Origin: Hormiphora californensis
Taxonomy: Eukaryota; Animalia; Ctenophora
Length of the DNA stretch: 64,000 bases
Reading direction: 5' to 3'
Assembly (NCBI GenBank): GCA_020137815.1
Contig: CM035354.1
Coordinates: forward strand, 2,542,001-2,606,000
The position numbers were made by a program, and so were the translations under genes. This document shows positions 1 through 12,105 of this stretch, one piece after another. Position 1 is the stretch's first letter; every line of letters starts with the position of its first letter. The notes beneath the pieces are model-generated. The model saw only the letters and a program-made list of their open reading frames with translations. It was not told the DNA's origin and searched no databases.

Positions 1-522
1 ACCGTACACTTTTACGGCAATGACGGCGTTTGCATTTTTAAGTACCTCGTCACCCGTGACGACCCGCAATGGCTATTTTCAACATCTATTCTTCTGGTAA
101 ACTTCATGTGTTTCATCTTAATCTTGGTAAGCTACGGGTACATCAACTTCAAAACCCGCCAATCAAGCCGGAATGTTGGAGCTGCAGTGGGTCGTCGGGA
201 TACTAACAGAGCTCTACAAGCAAAAATCTCTTCGATAATCCTGACTGATTTTTTCTGCTGGGTTCCATTGAGCATTGTCTCATTTCTTCATCTCTCAGAA
301 GCTGTAAATGCGTCAACTTGGTATCCCTTCTTTTCAATTCTGATCCTCCCCATCAACTCGGTGATCAACCCCCTGTTGTATGACTCAAACTTCTACTTTG
401 GTCTCATTCTTATTCCAACACGAGCTATCAGTCGCATTGTAACACGTTTCATTACGTCTTTACAGAGTTCCAATGAAATACAGCCAGTGGAAACAACTCA
501 CCAGGAAACAGCCCTTGGATAA
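1..522 (+). CDS. 3' end (TM5-TM7 and tail) of a rhodopsin-class LDLa/GRL101-like GPCR, truncated by the window edge
   Basis: Frame 1 open from base 1: HFYGNDGVCIFKYLVTRDDPQ...TDFFCWVP...LPINSVINPLLY; aligns by eye with FYGTDPTCLFKFFVSPTDPQ...LPLNSALNPLLY of the GPCR at 52741-54175. Confidence 0.9.
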   Translation, partial: TVHFYGNDGVCIFKYLVTRDDPQWLFSTSILLVNFMCFILILVSYGYINFKTRQSSRNVGAAVGRRDTNRALQAKISSIILTDFFCWVPLSIVSFLHLSEAVNASTWYPFFSILILPINSVINPLLYDSNFYFGLILIPTRAISRIVTRFITSLQSSNEIQPVETTHQETALG

Positions 523-545
523 GTATAGGGGTCGTGAACAAATCA

Positions 546-642
546 GGCGTGATACGATAAATGGAATGAACATGAACAAACTATTAATATTGTTAAACAA
601 TATTAATAGTTTGTTCATGTTCATTCCATTTCGTATCACGCC
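546..642. repeat. Near-perfect palindrome (~46 bp arms), probable small MITE, just after the GPCR stop
   Basis: ggcgtgatacga..aatggaatgaacatgaacaaactattaatattg / caatattaatagtttgttcatgttcattccatt.tcgtatcacgcc. Confidence 0.85.
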
Positions 643-926
643 ACAATTTGTTTGGCTAACAACAAACTATGTGTAATGTGTATCAGACAATATACTTAGA
701 CGGATTAGAAGGACAAAGGTCAACATGGACAGTGCACTTTATTTTCTGTTTTATCAACTATGTCATTATATGCATGTATGTATCAGTATGTATAATATAA
801 TAGATAGATATAAATTGTTTATTGCTACCCATTAGACGCATTTTATTTCTCTAAAGTTGTAAACAATGTGATAATCAGAGAAACTGTATATAACTGTGTA
901 TATCGAAATTAATTGCGTTCTATTAG

Positions 927-1703
927 CACCTCCCTCCCAAAATAGTACCATTGACACCTCCCTCCCAAAATAGTACCATTGGCACCTCCCTCCCCAAATA
1001 GTACCATTGACACCACCCTCCCCAAGTAGTACCATTGACACCTCCCTCCCAAAATAGTACCATTGACACCTCCCTCCCAAAATAGTACCATTGACACCTC
1101 CCTCCCAAAATAGTACCATTGACACCTCACTCCCAAAATAGTACCATTGACACCTCACTCCCAAAATAGTACCATTGACACCTCCCTCCCAAAATAGTAC
1201 CATTGACACCTCCCTCCCAAAATAGTACCATTGACACCTCCCTCCCAAAATAGTACCATTGACACCTCCCTCCCAAAATAGTACCATTGACACCTCCCTC
1301 CCAAAATAGTACCATTGACACCTCACTCCCAAAATAGTACCATTGACATTTGACACCTCCCTCCCAAAATAGTACCATTGACACCTCCCTCCCCAAATAG
1401 TACCATTGACACCTCCCTCCCCAAATAGTACCATTGACACCTGCCTCTCAAAATAGTACCATTGACACCTGCCTCCCAAAATAGTACCATTGACACCTCC
1501 CTCCCAAAATAGTACCATTGACACCTCCCTCCCAAAATAGTATCATTGACACCTCCCTCCCAAAATAGTACCATTGACACCTCACTCCCAAAATAGTACC
1601 ATTGACACCTGCCTCTCAAAATAGTACCATTGACACCTGCCTCCCAAAATAGTACCATTGACACCTCCCTCCCAAAATAGTACCATTGACACCTCCCTCC
1701 CAA
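927..1703. repeat. 28-bp minisatellite, ~27 copies, in HOP2 intron 1
   Basis: Head-to-tail CACCTCCCTCCCAAAATAGTACCATTGA, no spacers. Confidence 0.95.
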
Positions 1704-1768
1704 ACGACCCAGCTTGTGATCACGTGGCACATGTACCTTGTTGCCACCTCTTACTCAACAACATGTAC

Positions 1769-1873
1769 CTGAGTCTTTCCAATCTCTTTGTGAAGGTTGT
1801 TCAGGACATCAGTGGCGCTATAGGGCCGATTTTGGGAGGTCATATACTGGAGAATCTTCTCATCGGGGCCCAT
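1769..1873 (-). CDS. PSMC3IP: First coding exon of HOP2/TBPIP meiotic recombination factor; remainder not seen in window
   Basis: Not in ORF track. MGPDEKILQYMTSQNRPYSATDVLNNLHKEIGKTQ then gtacat donor; matches the Hop2 winged-helix motif IL.Y...QNRPYS..DV..NL. Confidence 0.85.
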
Positions 1874-2517
1874 CTCTAGCTGTCACCTAGATACAGGACA
1901 GATATTTAGAGAGGAATGTGAAGAAGGGTACACTTTGGTGGGATATATCAGCGATCTGAGATTTAGCAACTAAGAATGTATGGATGACCATATATCTTCT
2001 TAGGCCAGGAGAGAAGTCAGAATATGGTTCGACATGAGAGCATGATTGGCCATTTCCGGTGGCCCAATAAAGGCTGTCAGAATCAGACCTTCGTTTATAA
2101 AGCGCGATTCGTTGGCACCGAGCTAAGAATTAATAAGGCCTTATAAGGGCACATCTCAGATCGCTGGAGGTTGGGAAAAGGAGAAGAAATACACGTTGAA
2201 TAAGGTTTGGCGGAATACGGAATATATAGCGGTCTATAACACACAAAATTTAACTTTCAGTCTCAAAAATGTACAAAATAAATCACAATAGTTTAAACAT
2301 GCAAACATCTCAAAGTTGTCTTCCCCCGTTCTCTCTCAAGAAATAGAACAATGTCCAGCACTGTGCTCAATCCCGCGTATATAAACACACTCTCATTCAA
2401 ACTCTCTCAAAAAGGTCTCTGTATTGTTCATCATGACGTCAAATAAACCCACATATTATGACGTCATCATTTCGTGACGTCATAACTTCGTGACGTCATA
2501 ACTTCGTGAGGTCATCA

Positions 2518-4880
2518 TCACCTTCTCCGTGACCTAGAACTCCAATTATAGTCCGTCATCTCAACCACTCTCTGACCATCAAACATGAGATTCCGTGTGG
2601 GATACGGAACAGGAACACCACTCTGCCCAGGCATCTGCTGACACGCGAAAGCCCTCACGGCCCCTGATCCCTGATCCCCGTTTAGATAATCATCCTCCGG
2701 GACCACCTGGTGCTCCGCTATGAAATCCAGGAGGAAGAGAACAAGTCTGCGATGGTTGGTTGTCAGCTGGGTGAGGTTCTCCTCACTACACAACTTGTGA
2801 CGTAACAACAGGTTACACGCGTGATGGTTCACCTCCGTGCTGAACAAGTGGAACACCAAAGTGGATATCCAGCATTTTCCAGTCATCAAACCGGTCCACT
2901 GTCACATCCCCCGCCCTAATGGGAGGGGATTCAGTCCTGTCTGTCACTGAACTGGGCGTTATGGTTGATAAAGGTGATGTACCCACACGTGTTACTAGTG
3001 AGGAAGGATAACTTCTCAATGGCAGGGTGTCGTGCCAGATCCAACCCTACCACACCCTCTCCCTCCTCTTCCCGGAATTCAAGAGGGAATGTCACGTACG
3101 CTATCTCTGCTTCACTTCTCCTGCTGTACGCTTGTAACAATACAGCCGAGTGGGTTAGCGCCTCATTCAGAGCCATTAGTACATTGCTAGTGTTTACAAT
3201 GGTACTCTCATGTCCCCAGGTAGTGATCATCAGTCTCTCATACTCCCATAGTTCGGCAGGGAGATGGGGCAGCCTGGTGCCCTTGGAAAGGAGAAACGAG
3301 ACAGGTCCACAACCAGTTAGATGGTACACCGACATCTTCAACCAGACACTGTTAACCTCGGGTACCGGGGGTCCGATGTGGTAGGGACTACTCGAACTAA
3401 CGGTCCGCACCTCATTGCTAAGAGGAGCCATGGAGATTAGTAGGTGGTAGTTCTTGTTGAGGACCCTGGAACACGTGCTAGCATCCAGAGAATTGAGACT
3501 TTCACATCTGATCAGATCTACCCCCGCACCAACCCCAACTGGATCAACTGCAGCGTTGTACCTCAGGAACTGGATTGTGTTCCGCAGGGTAAGGGCGTGG
3601 TCAAAATACCGTTTAGCTTCACCTTCCGCTGTGCTCTTCACTTTTTCCAGCTCGGACAGGAAGGAATCAAGAGACTCATCAGACAGTTTGCCCACCTCAA
3701 ACATGGTGACAGCGTGAGTTTTCAGTCCTGGTGAGAGGTTACCCATCATTAGGAATGCTGTCAATGTTGAATCAAACAGGAACGCTATCCGTTTTGTGTA
3801 TCCCTCCTCACTAGGTTGTCGGAGTAGGGCAACTTTATCAAGCACAGGTGGTTCTTTACTATCAAACACCTCGGATGTCCCTTCTTTTTCTAAAGGAGCA
3901 GCGTATGATGTCATATCTTCAGTGATTGAATACCCACTAACAGCGCCACCCCAACTGGGATGCCAATCCAACAGTTCCTTGACCTTCTTCTTAGCAAACC
4001 CCAGCCTGATGTACATGGAGACAGCATTCTTCACCAACTCCGCATCTACCTCCAAGACAGACGCCAGATCTACAATCTTTGTGTGTTCGTCAATACTAAC
4101 GAAGATCTTGTATAGCAGATTCTCAAAGTAGTCGCCCATGACACGGTTCATCACAAAGTTCTCGAGGGGAGGCACCACAATCATATCTCCATCAGCCACG
4201 GGTACTGTTAAATAAACCAAGCCTCTGCTGTAGAGGGATAAACATGTTGATTTGTCCAGGATTCCTACCTTACATCCACTGCCCGCGTCAATCAGCAGGT
4301 CTACCATGGCTTTTTCGGGTGGAGTCAGAGATCGAATATCTTCCTCAGTCACCAAACCAATGTGAATTTCCCAATAAGGTTCCATAATGGTGGGAGGTAT
4401 CGGCTTAACAGGGAGTAGCATGGAAGCGGGGCGTCTCCTGAAAAACCTCCTATTTCGACTCTGGTTCATCATATCAATGTACTGGTTTCGCCCAATCCCT
4501 AGAAGCCGGAGACCATCTGCTGCGGTGAAGTTGGGAAGAGAATCATAACTCCTCTCCTGCTCCATAATCGTTTCCATCATTCGAGAATAATACACAAATG
4601 GGGTGATCCTCAGACCCTTAACCATGACATCACTCAAATGATAAGGGTACAACATGAGATGGTTCCTGCTGTATTCAATCAGATCCTGGTAATATTTCTT
4701 CTCATCTTTGCACACCTGTCTCACAACACTCCCCTTCCACCTTCTCTGGTTCTTAATGTTATAATCAAGGACAGCCTTCTCCCATTCTTTGTGACTGTTC
4801 CCAAAGGAGAGCTTCACGCTGGCTGGGAGCTTGTTCCACCCGTAGTTGCGAGCTAGGTGGAGTTCCACCTCAGGGTTCAT
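2518..4880 (-). CDS. FAM91A1: FAM91A1, single coding exon, two apparent frameshifts near 2940 and 2848
   Basis: LMLYPYHLSD, SYDSLPNFTAAD.LRLLGIGRNQYID, RIAFLFDSTLTAFLMMGNLSPGLKTHAVTMFEVGKL; C-terminus continues DWKMLDIHFGVPL / FSTEVN...PYPTRNLMFDG in adjacent frames. Confidence 0.95.
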
Positions 4881-5805
4881 GACGGTGCGCTACAGAGGAA
4901 TAGAGAGGGTTACATGGGCTGTGTTTTTGGAGTGGGGTTACACGGGTCGCTACAGAGGAAGAGTTACATGGGTAGTGTAATATTAGAGAGGGGTAGGGGA
5001 AGCAGGGATTACATAGTACGTATATCACTAGAGGGGTAGGAGTGTTGGACGGTAATGTAAGGAATTGACATGGTGTGGGGACTCCAATAGGATTGCAAGC
5101 AAGGGTTGCGACAGTTTAAAACTCTCTGGTATTTCAACAAACCTCCCAGCAATCTTTGGAGGTTTGATTGAGGTTCAGGAAACCTCCAAACCTCGTCAAT
5201 CAAGGCAGCTGCAGGAAGCTAGCGTGTGTACATTTACACACGCGCGCAACGAGAGGTCGATTCTAAAATGTGTCGTAGAGTTCTAAACGCGCAACCCTCC
5301 CTCAGCAAGGGGGTCATCGCGCGTTCCGTACAAAGTGGACATTTGCCACAGTCTTCTGCCCCTGTCGCACAAATTACACACATATCTTCAGGGGTGAGAA
5401 TGAGAGGGATAGAAAAATGAGAAGTGGACGGGAGAACGAGGGAAGGCGAGGGAGAACAAGGAATGGCGAGGGGGAGAGAGAAAGGAAGAGAGAGAAAGAG
5501 AGAAAAGGGTACCATTTGGCAGAGAAAAAGCACATCGAACGGGAGAAGAGAAGTTATTTTGACGATAGGCCAGAAAATGAAAACATAATCAACACAAGAT
5601 GTTCGTGTAGATTTTCCCACGGACACAGCTCCAACTCCTAACACGCGGTGATTTATACTGGACTTGTTTTCTCCATGCCAAAGATCGACGAAATCTGGTC
5701 AAAGTTGGAGCTACAGCCGTGAGAAAACCAAAGTGAGAGAGCTATTATTGCATTTAGAACCAGAGACCAGGAGAGGCCGAGGAGAATCGAGAGGTAGAGC
5801 GAAAC

Positions 5806-5810
<5 letters not shown>

Positions 5811-5885
<75 letters not shown>
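5811..5885. repeat. (GA)n microsatellite
   Basis: Direct reading. Confidence 0.95.
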
Positions 5886-5889
<4 letters not shown>

Positions 5890-6116
5890 AGGATCGAGAG
5901 GGAAGGGTCGAGAGAAGGAAGAACGAGACAGTCTCGTCGAGACTCGAAAGCCGAGAGGGGAGCAAAAAAGGATCGAGGGAGCGAAAGAAAGAAGTCAAAG
6001 AGGTGAGATGGAGCCGATAAAATTGAAGAAGTAGTGTGGGCATTTGTGGGTGTGCAACAGAGGAGAAATTAAGAACACAATACTTTTTTTCGGGTAATTA
6101 AAAACAATTTAAGAAA

Positions 6117-6563
6117 TTAGGCGACGGTCACACAGACACCACCAGCCTCTTTGATCTTCTTCTCTGCTTCGAAACTGAAGAATTTGGCCTTCACGATGAC
6201 AGGCTGAGCGGGGAGTCGTCCCTTTCCGAGGACCTTGAAATATCCAGCACGGACACAGTCGATAACAGGGGCCTTTCCGTCGGTCCTCTTGGCGTACTGT
6301 TCCCTGGTCTGTTCGCTCACCAGGTTCCACACCTTATCCACATTGATCTCGGGACAGTAGACGGGGTTCTTCTTCAAATGCAGATGCCTCATACCGACCT
6401 TTCCGAAATACCCGGGATGGTACTTGTCAAAGTTGATCCTGTGGTGGTGCTGTCCTCCAGCGTTTCCTCGGCCTCCAGGATGTTTCCTGTGCTTTCCAAT
6501 TCGGCCGTGTCCAGCGCTGACGTGTCCTCGCAGCTTCCTGCACTTCTTCTTGTGGGCCACCAT
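6117..6563 (-). CDS. RPL27A: 60S ribosomal protein L27a (uL15), 148 aa
   Basis: [51 protein letters not shown]; ATG 1 nt after acceptor tttgtttgtag. Confidence 0.98.
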   Translation of the reverse strand: MVAHKKKCRKLRGHVSAGHGRIGKHRKHPGGRGNAGGQHHHRINFDKYHPGYFGKVGMRHLHLKKNPVYCPEINVDKVWNLVSEQTREQYAKRTDGKAPVIDCVRAGYFKVLGKGRLPAQPVIVKAKFFSFEAEKKIKEAGGVCVTVA

Positions 6564-7179
6564 CCTACAAACAAATTGGGGCGGGTTTAGAAATGGGACA
6601 TGTTTTGGGGCCAATACGAGGGGTTTACTGGGGTAGTTGGACGGGTTTTTGGGTTTAAAAGGGAATTACTAGGGGGCGTCTTCATGTCTTTAATGGGGTA
6701 GTTTGAGGGATTTGGGACACTAGCGGACAGCATGTTGTTTAGTTTAATTGTGGTAGTTGGGTATTATTAGAAGGGTTTTCTACAAGAGGAAATATATGGC
6801 CAATGGCCATGGGTCTAGTAAGGGCTACTAGGACATAGTAGGTGGGTACCCATGCTAATTGAACAAGCAAGCAATTACTATTTACTAATTTAAAAAGTTA
6901 CAAAAAAGTAAAAACTGTACTCATTTCCATCAGGGGGTTCAGGGGAACAAGTGTGCTATGTTTCTATTAGACAATTTTAACCGGTTATCTAAGTTTTCAC
7001 AGTACACCGTTTCCGGTGGTTAAAGTGTACTGTGAAATTTTAGACCACTGCAAAAACACTAGTAATTATAAAGTAAAATACCGCTGCAGTGGTATGTGAA
7101 AAATTAAACACTTTCTAGTCACACGCACACAGTGTGAACATTACAAACATTACAAACTGAGTGAACGGGATAAAGATTA

Positions 7180-7735
<556 letters not shown>

Positions 7736-7786
7736 ACTCAATCTTTATCTCTTTCACTCAGTTTGTTTCCAAAATCATCTAATAAA

Positions 7787-8056
7787 ATTAGATGACTGCT
7801 TTTACATGCTCTATTACACAACAATAATGTTAAAGATTCTTTCACTTTTAGGCCTCGCAGGCTCGGCCCAAAAGTACAACTACAGAGCTCGCAGGCTCGC
7901 TCAGTAGTTACACTTAGCGTGCCTCGCAGGCTCGGCAGCTAAGTAAAGGATCTACCTCGACCTGTCGGTCTCGGTTCATTATTGTTGTATTTAGAGCACT
8001 CGGCCTTCGGCCTCGTGCACTAAAAAGTAATAGACCATTTTAACCAGTCATCTAAT
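7787..8056. mobile_element. Non-autonomous element with terminal inverted repeats and five internal hairpins
   Basis: attagatgactg...cagtcatctaat; internal stems capped by TCGCAGGCTC (x3), TCGACCTGTCGGTCTC and TCGGCCTTCGGCCTC. Confidence 0.7.
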
Positions 8057-8608
8057 CATATATTGTTCAACAATTGACTTGAATTCAATCAGATGTGTTG
8101 TTTAATGTACTAATTAACGTTCATAGCAAGAGTTCGAATATAGAGAAGATTGCCGTGTGAAAGAGGGAATCAAAGAATGCAAAATGAATCGATGTAACAA
8201 TTTTTTCAGCGTTAACTAACAGAAATATTGGAATCAGGGTGTCAGAAAGGTATTTTTAAACGTCAATATCGGTTGAACATCTTGATCACGTATTTTTGCT
8301 AAACGGACGGTTGGTAGGGATTCGAACCTAAATCTTTTGCTCAACATGTTTGCAGTTTGCCTGACATTGTTTTGTTAGAACCTAATTTAGAGGTAAATAA
8401 GGTCATCTGAGTCAAGACCAAAATAGCAGGTGAAGCAGAGACAGTGGTACACCCATAACCGAGCGGACCTAAATTTTCAGCTGGCGCCAGTGCGTCTGGA
8501 ATAATAACCGAAACAATTGTCATACTATGTTGATCGTTTCATAGGCAATTTACAGTCAACAGCTGAACATTACGAAAGATGTTCCTCACCCCCATGGTAC
8601 CGATGGTC

Positions 8609-8683
8609 AGTTATCTGAGAAGTTATCTGAGAAGTTATCTGAGAAGTTATCTGAGAAGTTATCTGAGAAGTTATCTGAGAAGT
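8609..8683. repeat. 12-bp tandem repeat x6
   Basis: AGTTATCTGAGA. Confidence 0.9.
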
Positions 8684-9496
8684 CGAGAGGCCAGTGAAGG
8701 TTGCTCGAAACTACTAGTGTGTCCAGGGAAATTGTGGTTTGAGTTCAGTATTTAGAAAGTTGGAACTGAAAGTAGGCTAAAAGTGACGACGGGGGAACCG
8801 GAAATATTGGAATCATGGTGTCAGCCCTCACGGTTTTTTAGGATTGATAGTGTTGAGGCTGGGGTTGGGATTAGGGCTTATGATTACACTTTCAGATGGA
8901 CATTGGATTGGCAAAAACGGTTGAGTGGTTACAAGATTACGAAAAATGTACAATTCACAAGACATAGTGTGGCCTAAATGAATCTTCTTTACCTCTGTGA
9001 GACGGGCTACCACTGGTAGCCTACCAGGGAATTATCTCAGGGGCTTATGTAGCCTCTGACAGATGGTAAGAACCATTTTATTGCAGAGTGCTTATTGAAA
9101 AACCGGGTTAACCGGGCCTAATAATATGGAACGTAACAATCAGGCCAGGGTTATCAGAACATTAAGGTTAAAATAAATTCATGTCATTGTTTTTAATCAA
9201 GTATAGTAGTGCTTTTTTAACAGGCCTAGATCATGACGACGCAAGGCGCCCTTGACGAGTAAAGGCGACAAAGCAAAGCGTTAACAGAAACGGAAACTTT
9301 TGAGTTAGCGAAATTTCAGATTTGAAAAGTTTTATTTTTTAAATTCGTATCGTGTTTCTTCTCGCGCGGCGCCGCGCGAGTCACCAATGCAGCGGTATCC
9401 TTATTATAATTTGCAAATGAACGTCGTGGTGAGTATGATGACCTATCATCACGTGCAAATGGTGGGGGGGTTGCCAAGGAGGTGCCCTGGGAGGGG

Positions 9497-9722
9497 TAAA
9501 GTCGGATTTTTTGAAACTGTCACCCCCCCTGAAATAACAAAATTTGCCATATCTCCGGTTCCTGATAAGATAGAGACTTGAAATTTGGAGGTTCGGAAGA
9601 ACTTAGCAAGATCTTCGTAACTTCCAAATTTCAAGTCTCTATCTCGTCAGGAACCGGTTTTATGGTCATTTACGAAGTTTGAAAATACCCAGGGGGGTGA
9701 CAGTTTCAAAAAATCCGACTTT
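9497..9722. mobile_element. Palindromic MITE
   Basis: TIR aaagtcggattttttgaaactgtcacccccc / ggggggtgacagtttcaaaaaatccgacttt plus inner inverted pair; solo end of same family at ~47330-47361. Confidence 0.85.
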
Positions 9723-10821
9723 ATTGGAGGGGGGATACTGCACGTGCGTGTTATTGGTTGTTTGTTGCGTGTTCCTGTGTTGTTCCTGTGGTGTTTTAGG
9801 ATCTACTGCTGGGGCCCCTATGATTGCCAAAGCCTTTCTACCTACGTACCCCGTTGATTCTCTACACATCTACAATTCTACGGATCTTTATCACCTGATT
9901 CTACATGTTATTCAGCGGGATTTCCCTTGATGTTTATCACCAGCGCTCTACCACTACCAACCTCCGTATTCTTTACCCCGACATGGAGAGACGAATAGTA
10001 AGAGAGGGGGAGAGAGACATAGAGACGGATGGGGGGGGGGGCTGTTGTAGGACTTCAATGGGCTTTCTAGTCTATATTATAAAGCAGAGAACAGTGCAAG
10101 ACAAAATTTGGGGGAGGGGGTTTTAGGGTTTGCACGTGGAAAATTGACGTGTTGTTAGGGATGGTTGGTGGGGGGTTTGGGGAGTGCACGTGCGTGTGTA
10201 AAGTTTTTCTAATCTTGAGGGATAATAGCTGATTTGAAAGAGCTTGAGATTATCTTTCTAATGAGCCTTGGTTTTTTGAAATTGGTTGAGAAATGACCGA
10301 GTTATGAGGGAAATGGTGAAAAATGAGGACATTTGGGGTTCTGAACTGCTTCAGATCACAGATTGAGAGAAGGGTGAGGGGAGTGTTCATTATGGCGTTA
10401 TAGGGGAGTGAATAGAGGGTGAGATGGAGTGAATAGGGGACGATATGATTCAATAGGGGCCGAGGGGAGTCAATAGGGATAAGAGGCGTGAGGACTGAGG
10501 ACTGAGGGGAGTCAACAGGGGGAAGGGGGTGTGTGGATTATGATCTCGCGACCGGAGGTGCCGCGAAGCGGCGCCGTAGGGAGCAAAGTAGGCATGAGCC
10601 AGGGATCGGGATTGAGATGATTCAATAGGGTGTGAGAGTTTTTTGTTCTTTTGCCTGGGCTCTCTAGTTTGTCTTAAATTTTGCCGCCTACATCAAAATG
10701 CATCGCGATTTTGTTTGACTCGATCCGAAATTTTTGTGCACAGTCAGAAAATTTTGTTTCAAAATTTCAAAACTGATCTTATCTGTTTTTCGCCTCTATT
10801 TCGTCCTCCCATCGGCTGAGT

Positions 10822-11898
10822 ATGACAGAGAAAGTAGTACCAGTGGAAGAAGTAAGACGATTCATATCAGACTGCCTCAAATCGTGTGGTGGTCTACCGG
10901 AATGTTGCTCTGACCTGGCGGACATTTTGGTTGAAGCAGATAAACGAGGCCATTACAGCCATGGTGTCAATCGTCTGGAGGTATACTGCCGGGATTACAA
11001 GCAAAACTCAACTGACAAAAACGCCAAACCAGTAATAGAAAAAGAAACTGTTTCCACCGCTTTGGTGAATGGAAATAACGCCCTTGGTGCAACCGTCGGT
11101 AAATTCTGTATGAAGCTAGCGATAGAGAAATGTAAGGAGACTGGAGTTGGTGTAGTAACTGCTAAGGGGTCTAACCACTACGGTATTGCTGGGTTTTATG
11201 GGTTGATGGCTCAGAAAGAGGGATTAATAGGGATTAGCATGACAAACACATCCCCTGTCGTGGTGCCAACTCGAGCGAAAAAGTGCACACTGGGCACAAA
11301 TGCCATGGCTGTGATCGCGCCGGGGATAAATGATGATTACTATGCTATGGACATGGCGACGAGTACTGTAGCATTGGGCAAATTGGAGGTTGCGAAACGT
11401 AAAGGAGAACCAATCCCACCCGGTTGGGGATGTGACTCTGAGGGCCGGCAAAGTTTGGACCCGGAGTCAGTTCTAAACGGTGGTGGATTGCTACCACTAG
11501 GTGGAACAGAGGAGACGGGAGGTTACAAGGGAACCGCCCTGGGTACCACTGTAGAGGTTCTATGTGGTATTTTGTCGGGGTCTGCCTGGGGTCCCCATAT
11601 CCGGAGTTGGGCCAACCCAGACCTCACCCAACCAGCCAATTTGGGGCAGTTCTTCATGGCTTTAAACCCGGGCATGTTTGGTGAGGGCTTCCAGGGACGC
11701 TTGCAGGAGTTTATGAATGAACACAGGGACTTGGAGCCGGCGGAGGGGACTGAGAAGGTCCTGGTGCCAGGGGACCCAGAGAGATCTGCAGAGAGGGCAT
11801 GTTTGGAGAGGGGTGGGATCCTATACCACCCTGCAATGATAAGGGATTTGGAGAATCTTGCGGAGAAAATGGGTGTTCCACCGATGAAACATCTTTAG
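10822..11898 (+). CDS. Malate/L-lactate dehydrogenase of the Ldh_2 (YjmC/AllD-like) family, intronless
   Basis: EADKRGHYSHGVNRL, KGSNHYGIAG, LGTNAMA, DMATS, LLPLGG...GGYKG, VLVPGDPE. Confidence 0.95.
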   Translation: MTEKVVPVEEVRRFISDCLKSCGGLPECCSDLADILVEADKRGHYSHGVNRLEVYCRDYKQNSTDKNAKPVIEKETVSTALVNGNNALGATVGKFCMKLAIEKCKETGVGVVTAKGSNHYGIAGFYGLMAQKEGLIGISMTNTSPVVVPTRAKKCTLGTNAMAVIAPGINDDYYAMDMATSTVALGKLEVAKRKGEPIPPGWGCDSEGRQSLDPESVLNGGGLLPLGGTEETGGYKGTALGTTVEVLCGILSGSAWGPHIRSWANPDLTQPANLGQFFMALNPGMFGEGFQGRLQEFMNEHRDLEPAEGTEKVLVPGDPERSAERACLERGGILYHPAMIRDLENLAEKMGVPPMKHL

Positions 11899-12105
11899 TT
11901 TTCAAACACACTCAAATTTTCAGCATTTTCAGAATATTTTTACAATTTTGTTGTAATAAAAATTTGCTTCAGAGGGATTCGTTTATAAATCTTTGTAACT
12001 TTTTAATGTTAAATAATAAATGTTATTTCTTAGTTCTTTCTAAACCTGTTGTTTTTCATTTCATTTTGATCCTCTTAACCACTCAATCTATCTCTTCTAG
12101 GCAAA

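Noticed and set aside
927-1703. 28-bp repeats (and the 22- and 32-bp arrays) as CRISPR
   Set aside because: Head-to-tail units without unique spacers, no cas genes, eukaryotic context
5009-5644. Minus-strand CVIC...CGKCPLC ORF between RPL27A and FAM91A1
   Set aside because: Short, no family recognised, no coherent exon chain
8341-9070. Short ORFs and isolated splice-like sites
   Set aside because: Stops in all frames; no protein recognised
10822-11898. Intronless Ldh_2 gene as bacterial horizontal transfer
   Set aside because: Family is known in other animals and neighbours are also intronless; needs a phylogeny
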